NCBI RefSeq assembly: GCF_018977255.1
Contig: NW_024704742.1
Location: 28,088,001 to 28,152,000 of the forward strand
DNA length: 64,000 nucleotides
From: Callorhinchus milii
Taxonomy: Eukaryota
Reading direction: 5' to 3'
Numbering within the stretch: the first letter of the stretch is position 1; each line of letters opens with the position of its first letter. The position numbers and the translations under genes were made by a program. Positions 26,536 through 40,480 of this stretch are shown here, in pieces. The notes under the pieces are model-generated. The model did not search any database, was not told the DNA's origin, and saw nothing but the letters and a program-made list of their open reading frames with translations.

Positions 26536-28809
26536 ACTCAGTGTGCTTGATGCCGACACTGGGAAAGAGGGTGGGGGGAGAAAGAGAGGTGAGGTGAGGA
26601 AAGATACATATTTGGCAAGATTACAAAAGATTTGAATGTAGAAGGGTCCTTTGGCCCATTTGATCTCCTTTTGGAATACCCATTCTCCAGTTCTCCCATT
26701 ACCACATCAAATTGTTTCTTAAATGAATCCAGAGATGTGTGTAATAGGATGGAATTGCCTCATTATAAACGAAACCTCGAAGTAAGGTCAGGAACTGCAG
26801 TGACCAGCTGAATTTCACCCCCAAGGTGCTCAGAATGCAAGAGCATTCCAGATATTTTATCACTGACATCCCTAATTTTCACAAGCACAGAGTTTACCAG
26901 AAGAAAAGACAGTGGAATAGAAAAGGATGCAAGAGGGTTTTAAATGACTCATCACCTAGAGAGGGGAGAACTACGGAATGGGAAAAAAATAAAGAGAGAA
27001 AACATTTTTTGAACAGTATTGAGATATAGTATTAAGACACCTTTGAAATAACTTGAAACTAAAAAATCAATTTTGGCCAGAAACATGAGCTGGTTTGCAC
27101 CAGACCCCTATGGTAAATAAGGAAAATAAATAAAATGAAACATTTAACACAAAAGGCAACCGAGTGTACATGTGTCCCTGTTGACGTTCACACAATTAGC
27201 TACACTCAAAGGTTTTTCTTTTCAATGAGCAGTAAACCTGACATCCTGCCATTTTGTCTGTGTTGCAAAGCCTTAGGGGGAGCTCTCCTTGTTGCTTTGT
27301 GGTCATGGGCTTGACTCACTGCAGATGTTGAGTGCCTACTTGGGTATTAATGCACACAATGAGTTATTTCTTCATTCTCTGCTGGTTACAGAGAGTGGAA
27401 TTTTATCTATATCAGTCAAAAAAACATGGTTGTCCCAGGGCCATCTGGAGGAGCTGATTAAAGCTTCAGTCACCAAAAGCTTCTTCACCAGGTCTGAAAC
27501 CCTGTAAAAGGTTTTGAATGTCATGTCTTGTGCATTCATCAAAAAGCATCAACAATTAAATAAATGACTGGGCAGAGAGAGATAGAGAGAAACGGAACCT
27601 GATGTGTTGAAGTAATGTGTCAATAGACAACATTATATTGTATTTTGTTGTGGGAAAGCATGATTGAAATGTTGAGGGAGTTCCATCCTTTTTATTCGAA
27701 GGAGCGAATGAACACTTTTGAGGTGTCAGAAAGCAGTGGTCAACAGGTGTGAAGAGAAATCTAATTGGTAATTCCTGGCACCAGTAAGTCTTGTTTATGC
27801 CGTAAAATGTCCTCTTCCCCCAACTGTATAATTTAACTAGAGCATAAGAATAACTGTCTTACTTGACATCTCTGGCCCATTGCTTTCCATGTCACAGCAC
27901 TTTCACCCTCCCTATATCTAAGGGTCCATTGTGTTCTGCAGTATATTCAATCTTCTTCTATGTATTTATCCTTAGAATTCACAATCCAGTTTCTAAACAG
28001 TTCTTGTTTTAATGTTTGAAGGTGTTAAACAGCACACAATAGTTGCTTTATTTGGAAGTAGCTACTAATTTGATTGGGGGTAGAATTTCTCTTTCATCTC
28101 AAATCTTGCTCAAGACTTTATAATTCTGTATTCCTATCCTCCTGTTCTGCATTCCCATTCCAAGTCAAGCAACCTTATTGTGCCTAAATCGTCCCTTGCT
28201 CTTAGCATTTTAACATTCAAAGTTTTCTGGCAAGCTAAGGGTATAGACAATCTCCTTGTGCCTGATGGGTTAGTAAGATTTCTGTTTTTTTGACTGTGAT
28301 TCTGAAGTGAACACTAATGTTGCAGTCATAAAGCTAATTTAACATCAGGACAAGCTTTGTTACTGTACTATCAACCCTTTACATCAAAAAAAAGATCAAC
28401 AGTAGTACAGATGTCAAAACCAAGAAAAGCAGCAGTATTAAGAACCAAAGGTATAGCAATTGTTGGAATCTGATTATTTCCACATGAGTAAACAAAGTCA
28501 ATAATAATGTTTGCATTTGATATTGCAACTTATCATGCCTTTGAGACATCACAAAGCTCTTCACAGAATATACTATGTAGTGAATTGACTACATTATGGA
28601 CAAAATACATAGGTAAAAGAAAATCTCTCATTCTCAGCTAAATGGGTGATTAAGGAATGGATTTCAATTACAGATAAATGGGAACTAAATAGACCCTGCA
28701 ATAGGAAGTAGGTTGTCCAATGAAGGGTTACCCATTAACTAAGGTGGCAGAAGGAAGGAATTTGTTCTGTGAATATTGATCATTCATTGAAAATCAGACT
28801 GCGGAGTCA

Positions 28810-29170
28810 AAATGTGTCTCAGCCTGACTCGGTTGGTAGCACTCTCACCTGACTCAGAAATATGTAGGTTCAAGTTCCACAAAGGCACTTGGAATCCATT
28901 CAATCTATGCTTACTCTCCAATGCAGTATTGGAGGTGTGCTGCAATGTCGGAGGTGGTGTCCTTTGGACCACCTATCCAGGTGGATGTCATAATTTGAAA
29001 AGAGAAGGGAGTTTATCCTGGTATCCTAGCCAATGATCCCCTATATAAAATTGGTCAGTCACTTCATGGCTGATTGTGGGACATTACTGTGCACAAATTA
29101 ACTGCTGTGTTTGCCTACAGAATGCAGACAGTCACACCACTTTATAGTGCATCCTTTGAAGTCCTTTGAG
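28810..29170 (+). mobile_element. Old Deu-type SINE
   Basis: Head ggttggtagcactctcacc...ggttcaagttcc; tgctgcaatgtcggaggtg. Confidence 0.7.
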
Positions 29171-29689
29171 TAGATGGGGTACAACTTGACCCTCTGAAAC
29201 TCCATCCAAAATTGCCAATCTCAGTTTCAACCTCTATGAAGTCAGTATTCAAGCAGTGTTAAAGACCTGAAAGTTATCAGGAAACCTAGGCTCCACTTGC
29301 TTGTTCAATGAGCGTTTGTACCATATGAATGTTTATTCTGCATTAATTATCTATTTTACCCAGAGAAATATACAAAATTGGCGGTTTTCAACAGCATAAA
29401 GCATTTCATATTATGCAATTGTGTTAAGTTTCTATGGGTTGCCTGATGGCTCAGTGAGTTTATCCAAATGAGCCTATGGGTCATGCACATTAAAAGAAAT
29501 TTGGCAAACTGGCTTGCAAATGAAGACTGGATTTAAAGCAGCATCCCAAAACTATGCATAATATTAAATTTTAACTCAACGGACAAGGAGACTCCACTTA
29601 CCTCCCCCACCCCCACCCAAGGTCTCCTTGGAGCTGAAATGGTTCCAATGGGACATACTTGGCAATGGAATGTCAGAATCAAATCAATC

Positions 29690-29958
29690 ATCGATGGCCG
29701 GGCTTTCAACCTCTCTGCCCCCACACTCTGGAACTCCATCCCACAGTCCCTTTGCCTCATTTCCTCCCTTGCCTCCTTCAAGGCCGGTCTCAAGATGCTC
29801 CTCTTTGATCGTGCCTTTGGTTGCCCTCCCACCTCTCTGCCTTCCCTCACCCCTAAACCTCCCCCATGCTCGTGTCCCGACACCTAACTGTTCAGCGTTT
29901 TAGGACGTCCTCCCGACGTGAAAGGCGCTCTATAAATGTAATTTTGTTGTTGTTGTTG
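29690..29958 (+). mobile_element. L2 3' end
   Basis: GRAFNLSAPTLWNSIP; ggacgtcctcccgacgtgaaaggcgct plus (TTG)n. Confidence 0.9.
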
Positions 29959-30659
29959 TCTCTTAGCCCAGTTCCTAAGCCTATAGGACTGCAGTACTCC
30001 TGCCTCATGAATAGGACATGAAGTGACAGTCTGGGGTGCTGTGGCCAGGGATTCTTTCCATTCAGCTCATGTTAATCCTGCAAAACCATTCCCTAATAGT
30101 AGGGTGATCCTAGCTGGACAAGCTGCACTAAGTTTTCAATGACAACCTATGTAGTTTTAGATGGTTAAACTCTAATAGTTACCCCTGTGGCCACTAGTGT
30201 TCCCAAGCGTTTACTATTATATTTGGTGTGAAAGAATCCATAACTATTAGGTACAGAAATAACATACAATATTTGCAGTGTTCATAAATGGTTTCTAGAT
30301 TAATGCAGAAACTATGCATTTATGGATTTCTTTTACATGAATGATGGATTTTTATCTACGGATGTATTGGGAAATAAGTACTAATTTTGTCCAAGCTTTG
30401 CAAAAATATTATGTGATTCTGTTATTAGTTTTATAGTATTTCGATCCAGTACTCAATAAGCTAATCGCTCAGCTAGGATTGCATTTGATACATGACAAGA
30501 GGCCTTATTTCCTTCCCAATTGTGAGTTGGGAACAAAATAATCCTTCAGGGTTCTCCCCCTCGGAGGGTGAAGGGATTTTGGATAGGGAATCATTTGGAA
30601 TTATGTATAGTGATAAAGCACAGAAACAGGCCACCCAGTCCACTCCAAGCAGGGGAGAG

Positions 30660-31110
30660 GGAGAAAGGATTTACTGAAAGCATTTCTCCGGGTTGACATT
30701 TGGGCTTTTTACAAAAGGTAAGGGTGTGCAGGTTGAGTGATAAATTAACTAACTGGACTGAAATTCAGCATGGACATTGGACACAGAAGATTATGACAAA
30801 TAGATTGTATGGACAGCTGCAAAGGTGTGTTCTGGGTCCTCTGCTATTTATATTGTTCATAATTTATACAGATGAGGGCAGTTCAGTCATATTATCAAGT
30901 TTGTGCTTGACACGAAGATCACCACTATAAGAGAGATTGATAATGTCCAAAGGAAACCGGGCATGTGATATAGATGTGTTAAAGAAAAGCAGATGGCATT
31001 TAATGTAGAAAAATGTACAGCAATGTACGCTGGTATAGGAAGCATGGCAGTTGGAAAATGTACGGAATGCTCATTAACCAAGGTGAAGATTTTAGTGTGA
31101 TGCTCAACCA
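30660..31110 (+). mobile_element. Old CR1 RT fragments
   Basis: VLGPLLFILFI; QMAFNVEKC. Confidence 0.65.
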
Positions 31111-32225
31111 ACAGTTAAATCCAATCCTTTGTTGAATTTTTGAGCGAGATTTGATTAAACATAAAATTAATATAGGAATTTTCTTCGAACATGGGAGTGG
31201 TGAGTTTCAGAATTTTTTCTCACAAGTAGTTCAGAGTACATTTTTCATAGCTACTCTCTTGCATCTAACTTGAATAATTTAATTGTACTCTGGCATTTAT
31301 AATAATAATAATCCTTGCATTTGATACAGTGCCATCAGAAGGATGTCTCCAAGCGCTTCATAGGATTCACTGTAAAGATTAGAGACTGTTTATTTTGATT
31401 GCAGCCACACTGACATAATGGGCTGAATGGCCTTTTCCTATTCTGTAAATTTCTACAGATCTGTATGTATATGTAAATAACTGCTGTCATACAGTAATAC
31501 TTTTAAAATACATTCAAAAACTTTTTCTTCACTTTATTTCATGATAATATCCTTCAATAATAATCTTGCTTGCATTTTATTACCTTTCATTTCTTACAAT
31601 TAACATTTGACAATTTAGTTACTCTTTTATTGGGAGTGTGTAGACCTGCTTGAATTATTGTCACCTCTTCAGAACATTCTGCTTTCTTGCCTATCTCTGT
31701 GTCATCTACAAACTTAGGGATTCTAATTACTTTGAGGCTATTAATATTATCGCGATCAACACAAACTCCAGATTCTTTTCCTGGGGGATTTTACTTGTTA
31801 GATTCTCTTGAATTGTTTCATTTATAATGGACTCCAGTAATTTTCCTTGCAAACGGACTTGTAATTTTCAGGATCATGTCTCTGACCTCTCTCGGAGATT
31901 GAATTGTCACACTTGCTATCTTCCAGTACTCTGCTGCCACCTGCGATCAATGAGCTTCACATTGCCCATTTAGACCAAGTGCTTTTCAAGCCTTCAGTGT
32001 CCCAGGTTTCCTCATGACTATTTCATTACTGACTCCCATTTTCTCCATACACTCCGTCATTTCTCATTCCAATTCAACTCATTTGAAGTCTCCATCATGC
32101 AATACTTTCTTAAAGGGATGATATGGTACAAACCATAAAAGAACTGCAGAATCATTACTTTCCCCTCGTAAATTGTGATTTCTTTTTCAAAGGTATTTTT
32201 TGCTCCTGTCCCTTTATATATATTG

Positions 32226-32546
32226 TGGAGTCCTGTAGCTCAGTGATTAGAGCACTCGCTTTGCAAGCGAGGGACCTGAGTTCAATTCCAGGCAGAGGGC
32301 GAAACCTTGGGCAAGTTTTCTTACTCCACACGCCTAATAATAATCCCTCCAAAACCAAAAACAATAATAAATTGGTCATTTTCAATCTACAACTGTTTGT
32401 GGGACATTGCTGTGCGCAATTGGCTGCTGCGTTCGCCCACAAATATACAGTCAATTCACTTTACAGTGTGTTCTGTGAAGCGCTTTGGGACGTCCTCCTG
32501 ACGTGAAAAGCGCTATATCAAATGCAAGGATTATTATTATTATTAT
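32226..32546 (+). mobile_element. Young tRNA-derived SINE, subfamily A
   Basis: Near-intact cloverleaf (anticodon arm CTCGC-TTTGCAA-GCGAG), L2-like tail, (TAT)n. Confidence 0.95.
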
Positions 32547-33479
32547 AACCACCTAAATCAAGATTTTTATTTTTACCCTTCAATGTCTGTATAATAATAA
32601 TTATTAATAATAATTACTCCCATTCTCATAATAATGTATTATAATGTATTATTAGAATGGGAGCTAATTATGCGTTCGTATTACATTCCTTCTACGGTAA
32701 ATTTACTACTTGCGAGTCATGAACTCCCAGGTTGGTAAAATCCACAAACATACCGATGAACAAAAAACCAGCAAGAAACTGAGGCCGGGGATTTATGATT
32801 CAATGGCCTTAAATTTCCCAAAACAAAAATTGCAATTAAAGTAACCAATCCAGGTGTCAAAATATGCAAGTTAGATTGCCTTATGTTGTTTGCACCCTTG
32901 GCAACATACCCTTAAAATATTCTATACACGTTCAATTTCTTATTCCAAGATTGATTTTCCCCAGTTATTTTATTGCCTTGAAATTGCTTGTTCTTAATTC
33001 TGAGGCCTGAGATTCCACCTAGCCTTAGCCTGTAAGATCATGTTGTCTTAACATTTAAGATTATGCAAAATGTGAAAAAAATCTTAAATTCACGCTTAAT
33101 ATGGGAGTCGATTTCAGCAGATCTTAAAAAGAACCATTTTCCAAATGAAGTCTGAATTGAAGAGCTTTCCATATTTCTTTGACACTTTAGCTTTAAAACA
33201 ACATAGACTTACTTCTAGGCGAAGACCAGGTGGAATTTCAGGCCTGTGGTTTATTTTCCCCTGCTACAACTTTTGCAACAAGTTCATCTGAACCTCTCTT
33301 GTGATCTTGTCACTCTGATTGTTCGTCCTCAAGTGCTCCCCATTTTCTACTATCTCAGGCTCACAACAAAATACTGTACCAGCAGATCAATACAGTATGA
33401 AATCTAACTAAAGTCAAAGTGTTTATCCACTTCAAGGTTATTGTCCAAACAGATAAATACTTATTGGAATATTGGAAGT

Positions 33480-34430
33480 GAAACTAGGTGGAAATGTACT
33501 ACATGGGCAAGACAGAACTCGCCAACCACGGCATAAGAGTGTTCCGTGTGTAGAAATAGTTTGACAGGATACGCGGTGGTTGAGGCCAGGACAATGGTCT
33601 CTTGAAGGAAATAGATGGATTCTCTGAAGAAAACATATTAAGGTAGCATTCAGAAAGTATAGGACCAAAAGGGTAGAAGGATCTTCTTTGTCTGAACCTC
33701 TCTTGTGATTTTTTGAAGTAAAATAATTCTTTTCTTACCCACCTTTTAATATCATACATCAAGAAACAAGCTTACAAAATCTCCATTGATTTCTTAGCTC
33801 TGATTCAGTGACTCCCAACATCATTCCATTTAATGTTATGGCAATTATAAATCACATTTAATTGTACCTTCTCTCTTTTCTACTGCCCTTCTTATTTACT
33901 CCAGTAATTCTATGATATTTAATTTGTTTTATTAATGAAATTTTGCTAAGAAATCTATAATTATCAGACTTCTAAAACATTAAATGTGTTGAAGAATGCA
34001 TTTCATATGTTTTAGGAAACACAATAATATATTTTCTGTATGTGCAATGTTTTTTAGATTTAAGGTAATAATACATTTGATTTTTTTTTAAATCTGCTAA
34101 ATACTGGCAATTTGATTCTTGTATTTTTTGCCCCAGTGGACAGTAACCATTTCTAGTTATTCACTTCCTTCACTGGTTCCATAGGTTTCCATACAGATAA
34201 GCAATCTTCCTTATTCTGAGGTTAAATCTTTGCCTTTGATTTCCATCAGATCTACTCTTATTAGAAGTGTCATCCCTCCTAGTCTATTTTTCCTATTCAG
34301 TATGAATATTTTAAACCCTACCATATGAAGCTCATACCCACCCTGAGGCAATAATCTGATCATATCTAACTTCTCTGCATATACATAACCTTTAAGCTTT
34401 TGTTTTCCATGATCCATCATTTTGTGTAAA
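33480..34430 (-). mobile_element. Highly decayed CR1 fragments (3' region about 33480-33850; endonuclease N-terminus about 34140-34430)
   Basis: LNGMMLGVTESE; GYELHMVGFKIFILNRKNRLGGMTLLIR. Confidence 0.55.
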
Positions 34431-34604
34431 GTCCAGAATACAAAACATTAAAAAATTCCTACCACCAGATAATAAACAAAACTTTAATTAACACGTGTGC
34501 ATCTCAACATGAATACATATCCTGAGTTTATATTTGTAGATATTAATTTTTCAAATAGAATGGTTTTAGTCTGAAACATTTCACTGTATATATATAAATC
34601 ACTA

Positions 34605-34965
34605 GGAGTCCTGTAGCTCAGTGATTAGAGCACTCGCCTCACAAGTGAGAGGACCTGGGTTTGATTCCCGGACAGGACAAAGCATTGGGCAAGCCTCTGT
34701 TTATCTAACAGTAAGTAGGAATCCAGTTGTTAGTCAATTGGCGAATCGCTTTTCCGTGGGTAATAATTTCTTTAAAAAAATGTAGTCACTCAATCCCCGA
34801 CTGTTTGTGGGACACTGATGTGCGTAATTAGCTGCCGTGTTTCGTCCACAAAATATAGTCAATTCATTCTATACTATATTCTGTGAAGCGCTTTGAGACC
34901 TCTCAAAGATGTGATCAAACACTATATCAAATGCAAGTATTGTTATTATTATTATTATTATTACT
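34605..34965 (+). mobile_element. tRNA-derived SINE, subfamily B
   Basis: ggagtcctgtagctcagtgattagagc head, central segment, (TAT)n. Confidence 0.9.
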
Positions 34966-36899
34966 ATATCAGTAAGGCTTAGGCAGGTTCAAAACCAAAT
35001 AAATTATGCTAGTTATTATGACTTCTGCTTTGCAGCTATCGGGCTGAGAAAATTTACAGTGAACTTATGGCCTCCTTCTGTGCTGTAGGATTCTGAAACA
35101 AATGGTGAATTGCAATTTCAAAATGCTTAGTTTGCTTGTGGTCTTCTTTAGACTTTGCTGGCAAAAATTGTGAATGTTGCACTTTAGACTCCAGCAACTC
35201 TAGAATTTTACTGTTAAAAAATGTTAGTGAATTATTATCTTACCTTGGACATCTCCCAAACTTTGATAGGGTCTAGACCACTCAGGCCCTCCACCAAAGT
35301 TATCTTAATAGCTATCTAATTTCTTCTCAGATCACTGTGTATATGCTGCAGCTGATAATTCATTTTCTGACAATTATCCAATTTTGGGGATCGCAGAACA
35401 CTATCAATTTGCTAGATTCTCAAAACAGTTAATTGGTCATTCAGAAAGCCACCAAGTCAGAAGGAAAAAAACGACAATTGAAAAACTATTAACCAAACCC
35501 TTGTTTATTTTCCCACAAGATTGGTTTGGATGAAGGAGGCCCTTCTGCCCATCCGATCTCATCACTACCAAACACCCATCCTACCATCCCCTCAGCACTG
35601 CATCAAGCTGCTTTTTAAATGGTTTTGTGTCCTAGCCTCTACCCCCTTTCCTGACAATTTGTTCGATTTATTGATTACCCTCTCCATAAAGAAAAACTTC
35701 CTGCTATTTTTCTTGAGATCCTTTTGGGGACTTTAAAAATTTCGGAAGCTTACAAATGAAATGGTTTTCAAAGCTTGCAAACCTGAATTCCCATTTACCA
35801 CATCAAATCCAGTTTGGATACTTCATAAATGAGACCACTATGCCTTTGCACGAAAATACAACAGGTGATATCTCCAAAGACGTGAGGACTAGTCAGATTG
35901 AACAGTGGCAGTAAGTTCATCAGCAGCCTGGAGCTGTGACTGTGCAATTGGATAATGTGGAACATTTGTCTTTAGTCCAGAGCTTGGAATGCTAGGGTTT
36001 TCTCTAACTTCTCAGTAATAGGATGCCAGGAAACTCTATAGACCCACTTGAGGACTGAGAAGATCTGCTAAGGGACAGTGAGGCAGTTACTGATTACATC
36101 TCGAAAGCCAATATCAAACAATCAATGACCTTATTGACCAGTTCCCCCAGTAAATGGCCAGGCACTCTTCTTGTTCGGATGTAGATTAAGTCCTAGATAT
36201 AGTTAGTTGACAGAGATAAAAGGTTTTCATTGGGACACAAGCCGGTAGAGTAGATGGAATAGAAGGTTTTGTGCTCCAGATGCAGCAATGGAAAGATTTA
36301 CATGAAATAACACAACCTGAACTAAACAAATCCTGCATTTTGTTTTCATTAGCCTCTTCGGGCATTGAACTATGTCAAAGATCACAGTAATCTGTTCAGT
36401 TACTTTCTCTTCCTCAAGAAAGCAGGGATATTTAACAACTTTCATTTATGTCGCAGCCCTCACACAGGGTAGCATCCCAGATCGCTTGACATTGGCGGAG
36501 CACGGCGAGGAGCCGGGAGGAGGGGGGAGGTGACCATAGACACGGTTGAAGAGGAAGATTTTCAGGCGCGATCTGAAGATAGGGAAGGAAGGGACAAGGT
36601 GGAGTGATAGAGGAAGAGTGTTTAAGAGTACTTCAGATAAAATGATCCATCTCAAGATCTAATAATTCAGGGAAACAAAGAGAGAGACTGAAATCCTTGG
36701 ACTCTGCTCATTTGTAGCTCAGGTTGCATATTAGTTCTCAGTTGAAAGGTTGGAAAAAATAAATGATTGCTCCCTTTGGCTTACACAATGACTTCCTTCG
36801 TTTGTTTTGATACATCTAATAGGTGACCAGATGATGAACATTTATTTTCAAAGATAATAGGAGATAATTATACAATAACTCTTGGCCTTTTTGTTAAAG

Positions 36900-37275
36900 T
36901 TTGTGTTTGATGTAGCATTTGATGTTGTGCCTAGGATTCAAATTTTGCAGTCGAATGCAGCAGCCATTTTTGCATAGCAGTGTCCCACAAAGAGCGATTA
37001 AAATGAATGACCAATTTTTGACCATTTTATCTGGGGGATTTTTGGCCAGGACTCCCTTCTGTTTTCAAATAGTACCATGAGTTCTTTAACATCCACCAGA
37101 ACAGAGAGAATCTTTGATTAATATCTCATCAATGACAGCACGTTTAAGAATACAACACACCCTCGGCACTGCAATGGAGTATCAGTTTAGACTGTGAGTT
37201 CAAAGACCCTTGAATCTTGAATCTGCAACCTTTTGACTCAGAGATGAGTGTGCTACCAACTAAGCCAGGCTGACA
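36900..37275 (-). mobile_element. Old Deu-type SINE
   Basis: Reverse head tgactcagagatgagtgtgctaccaactaagcc. Confidence 0.7.
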
Positions 37276-37399
37276 ACTATGACATGTATAGCATTGTATA
37301 ATCTCACCCTCTCCGCCTCCTTAAAACTTCTAAATTATCCAAGTAATTACAGTTACATAGATCTGTGTGTAGATATAAGCTGAGCCCAAGGGAGATTTC

Positions 37400-37597
37400 A
37401 GGTGGGTGATTCTCACTCTAGTTGGTTGGGAAAACAATCTGCCAATCGATTAACAAAGGGGTTGCCACTTACTGCTAGATAAGCAGAGGCTTGTGGAGTA
37501 AGGAAACTTGCCTAAGATTTCATCCTGCCCGGGAATCAATCCTGGGTCCTCTCGCTCGCAAAACAAGTACTCTAACCACTAAACTACAGGATTCCAC
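37400..37597 (-). mobile_element. SINE subfamily B, 5' half
   Basis: ctaaccactaaactacaggattcca; cttactgctagataagcagag. Confidence 0.8.
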
Positions 37598-37742
37598 AGG
37601 TTGGCTATAATGGTGCAGGTACACACCATTTCAATTGTTTTTTCTTTTAACATGGTATGAGTATTGCAATATTAGATGTAAAGGGTACCTACAAATTTTG
37701 CTCCTAACTCTTAACTAATTGCTCTTTTAAACCTGTTAGTTT

Positions 37743-37988
37743 AGGAACTCCATCCCCCAGTGCCTTCGCCTTGCTTCCTCCCTTTCCTCCTTCAAGGCCG
37801 GTCTCAAGATCTTTCTCTTCAACCGTGCCTTCACCTCCCCTCTCGACTCTCTACCCCCTACTCGCTCCCTCCCTTCCCTCCCCTCACCCTGATCATTTCC
37901 CCACTGCTCGGGTCCCGACCCAACTGTCCAGCACCTTGGGACGTCCTCCCGACGTGAAAGGCGCTCTATAAATGCAATCTTGTTGTTG
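37743..37988 (+). mobile_element. Young L2 3' end
   Basis: TSD TAGTTT at 37737-37742 and 37989-37994; closely matches about 2768-3011. Confidence 0.92.
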
Positions 37989-38321
37989 TAGTTTGGTGCA
38001 TGTTTCTATTTGTGCCTAATACAGTCGGTACCTATTTTCACATTTTTATAGTACTTAATAAATAAATATATAGCAAATTTAAATTAATACACTTTTGTCT
38101 TGTAGTATTCACCAATTCTAGTATTAATAATAATAATTAACAATAATAATCCTTGCACTTGATATAGTGCATTTCAGGTTCGGAAAATGTTGAAAAGACA
38201 ATTTATTTGTAGGTGAAAAATCAGCAATGATTAGCAAGCAAAATTAACATACAATGTCAATACTCCCATGAGAATCCACGTCTGTAAACCAAACAATGAG
38301 TCTTACACGTAGCATATTGGA

Positions 38322-39340
38322 TGGTCTTCAACATCTATATGCTCCCTCTTGGTGATATCATCCGCAGACATGGGGTCAACTTCCACCTGTATGCGGATGA
38401 CACCCAACTCTACCTCTCTGCCTCCACCCTTGACTCCAGGACCACTGCTGTGCTTACAGAATGTCTGTCAGACATCAAGTCCTGGATGAGAGCTAACTTT
38501 CTACTGTTGAACGTCAACAAGACTGAGGCTCTACTGATTGGATCCTGTCAGCGCCTCCAAACCTCAGGCGCTGTCATGACAGCATCACCATCCACGGAAG
38601 CGCACTCCACCTCACTGAGCCAGTCCGGAATCTTGGCATCTTGTTTGACCCTCAATTATCCTTTCTACCCCACATGCATGCCATGACCCGCTCTGCCTTA
38701 CTCCACCTCGGCAACCTTGCCCGGCTCTGCCACTGTCTCACACTGCAGGCCACCGAGACTCACACGTGCATTCATTACATCGAGGCTTGACTATACAAAC
38801 TCCCTGCTTGTCAGCCTCCTCAAATCCTCTCTCCATAGGCTGCAGATCATCCAGAACTCTGCAGCCCGTGTCCTCTCCCGCACCAGGCTCCGTGACCCTA
38901 TCACCCTCATTCTCGCATGACTCCACTAGCTTCCCATCACACAGAGGATACAGTTCAAGATCCTGATCCTCAGCTTCAAAGCCCTCCATGGTCTTGCTCC
39001 CCCCTATCTCTGCAACCTCCTAACCCCCAACCAACCTGCCAGCTACCTCCGCTCAGCAGGGTGCGGCCTGCTTCACGTCCCCCACCTCGCCCATTCCAGT
39101 ACTCTGCCCCCACTCTCTGGAACTCCATCCCGCAGTCCCTCTGCCTGCCCCCTCCCTTGCCTCCTTCAAGACCCGTCTCAAGACCGTCCTCTTTGACCAT
39201 GCCTTCGGTCACCCTCCTTCCCCCCCTGCCCTTCACTTTTCCTGATCCCGACCCCAGCTCAGGTCACTGATTGTCCAGCACCTTGGGACGTCCTCCCAAC
39301 ATGAAAGGTATGATGCAAATGTAATTTAGTTGTTTGTTGT
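38322..39340 (+). mobile_element. 5'-truncated L2 (RT C-terminal half to tail)
   Basis: FNIYMLPLGDIIRRHGVNFHLYADDTQLY. Confidence 0.95.
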
Positions 39341-39384
39341 TCACAGTGAATTGTACGCTGCTCATTTTGATGATGCTTTGAACG

Positions 39385-39990
39385 GCTTGCATTTATATCA
39401 CGTCCTTCATGTACAATAATGTCTTGGAGAGCTTCACAAGGATGGGGTCAGACACCAAAAAAGGGAGAAGTGGGAGGAGGAGTGGGAAAGGAAGAGGTGA
39501 TCATAGGCTCAATCAAAGAGATAGGTTTTTGGGTGAGATTTAAAGACTGATCAACAACAACAAGATCAAGAGGGGTTAGAAGGAGGAGAACAGATTAGAG
39601 GCATAGTAGCTGAAGGCTCAATTTTGGGGCTGAGGGGGTAGGGGATGCACAGCAGGTCCGAACTAGCCAAGCGGAGAGTGCAACCACAAGAAATGGGTTG
39701 GAGAAGGTCAGGAGATAGGGAGGTGCTTGGACTTGAAGAGATTTATAGATTAGGATCAAGATCTCAAAGCCTTTCCATTGGGAGCCAGGGAGCCAGTGGA
39801 GGTTGGCGAGAATTGGGGTGATGAGCAGGAGGAATTTTGTGTGTTGTTGAGGTATGAGTGGCGGTGTTTTGTATCAGCTCAAGCTTATGATTGGTAGAAC
39901 AAGGGAGGCCGGAGAGCAGTGCATTGGAAAAGTCTGGTTGAGCGGTAACTAAAACTGCAAATGAGGGTTTCAACAGTGTTTGGTATCAAA
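39385..39990 (-). mobile_element. Old L2 3' fragment
   Basis: PDFSNALLSGLP...KLELIQN. Confidence 0.75.
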
Positions 39991-40014
39991 TGGTTCAATC
40001 TCAATGATTTGAAC

Positions 40015-40480
40015 ACCCTGCTTGCCAGACACCCCATTTCCTCACTGTACAAGCTACACAAAATCTAGAACTCTGCAGCATATATCCTTTCTCATACTCT
40101 TATTACTGTCATCCTTACTTGGTGCCACTGCTTTTCCGTCTCCCACAAGATCAAATTCAAGATCCTCATCTTCAAGTTCAAATTCCTCCTCGTCCTTGCC
40201 CCCACCTACCTCAGTGACCTCCTGAAACCCTACAACTCTAGTTGCTGCTACTGTTCATCAAACATTGGCCTGCTTTATGGCCCCGTTATGATCCGCCCCA
40301 CCATTGGTAGGCAAGAATTCAGACAAACTGTTCCTGCTGTTTGAAACTGCCTCCCGGGGTCCCTCTGCCTCCTTATCTTTAAAGCCTATCCGATGACCTT
40401 TCGTTTGAACCTACTTTTGACCACCTTTTCCCCATCCAACCTCCTCAGCTTCCCCCATCTACAACTCGAGCTTGTGTTCG
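40015..40480 (+). mobile_element. Old L2 3' fragment
   Basis: aactctgcagca; atcaaattcaagatcctcatc. Confidence 0.7.

Noticed and set aside
29430..30130. LF-SINE-like remnant around the L2 tail
   Set aside because: Only two short motif resemblances
32228..32301. Functional tRNA-Ala gene (also 13288, 34606, 47413 and others)
   Set aside because: Each cloverleaf continues into a SINE body and L2-type tail, with imperfect acceptor and T stems
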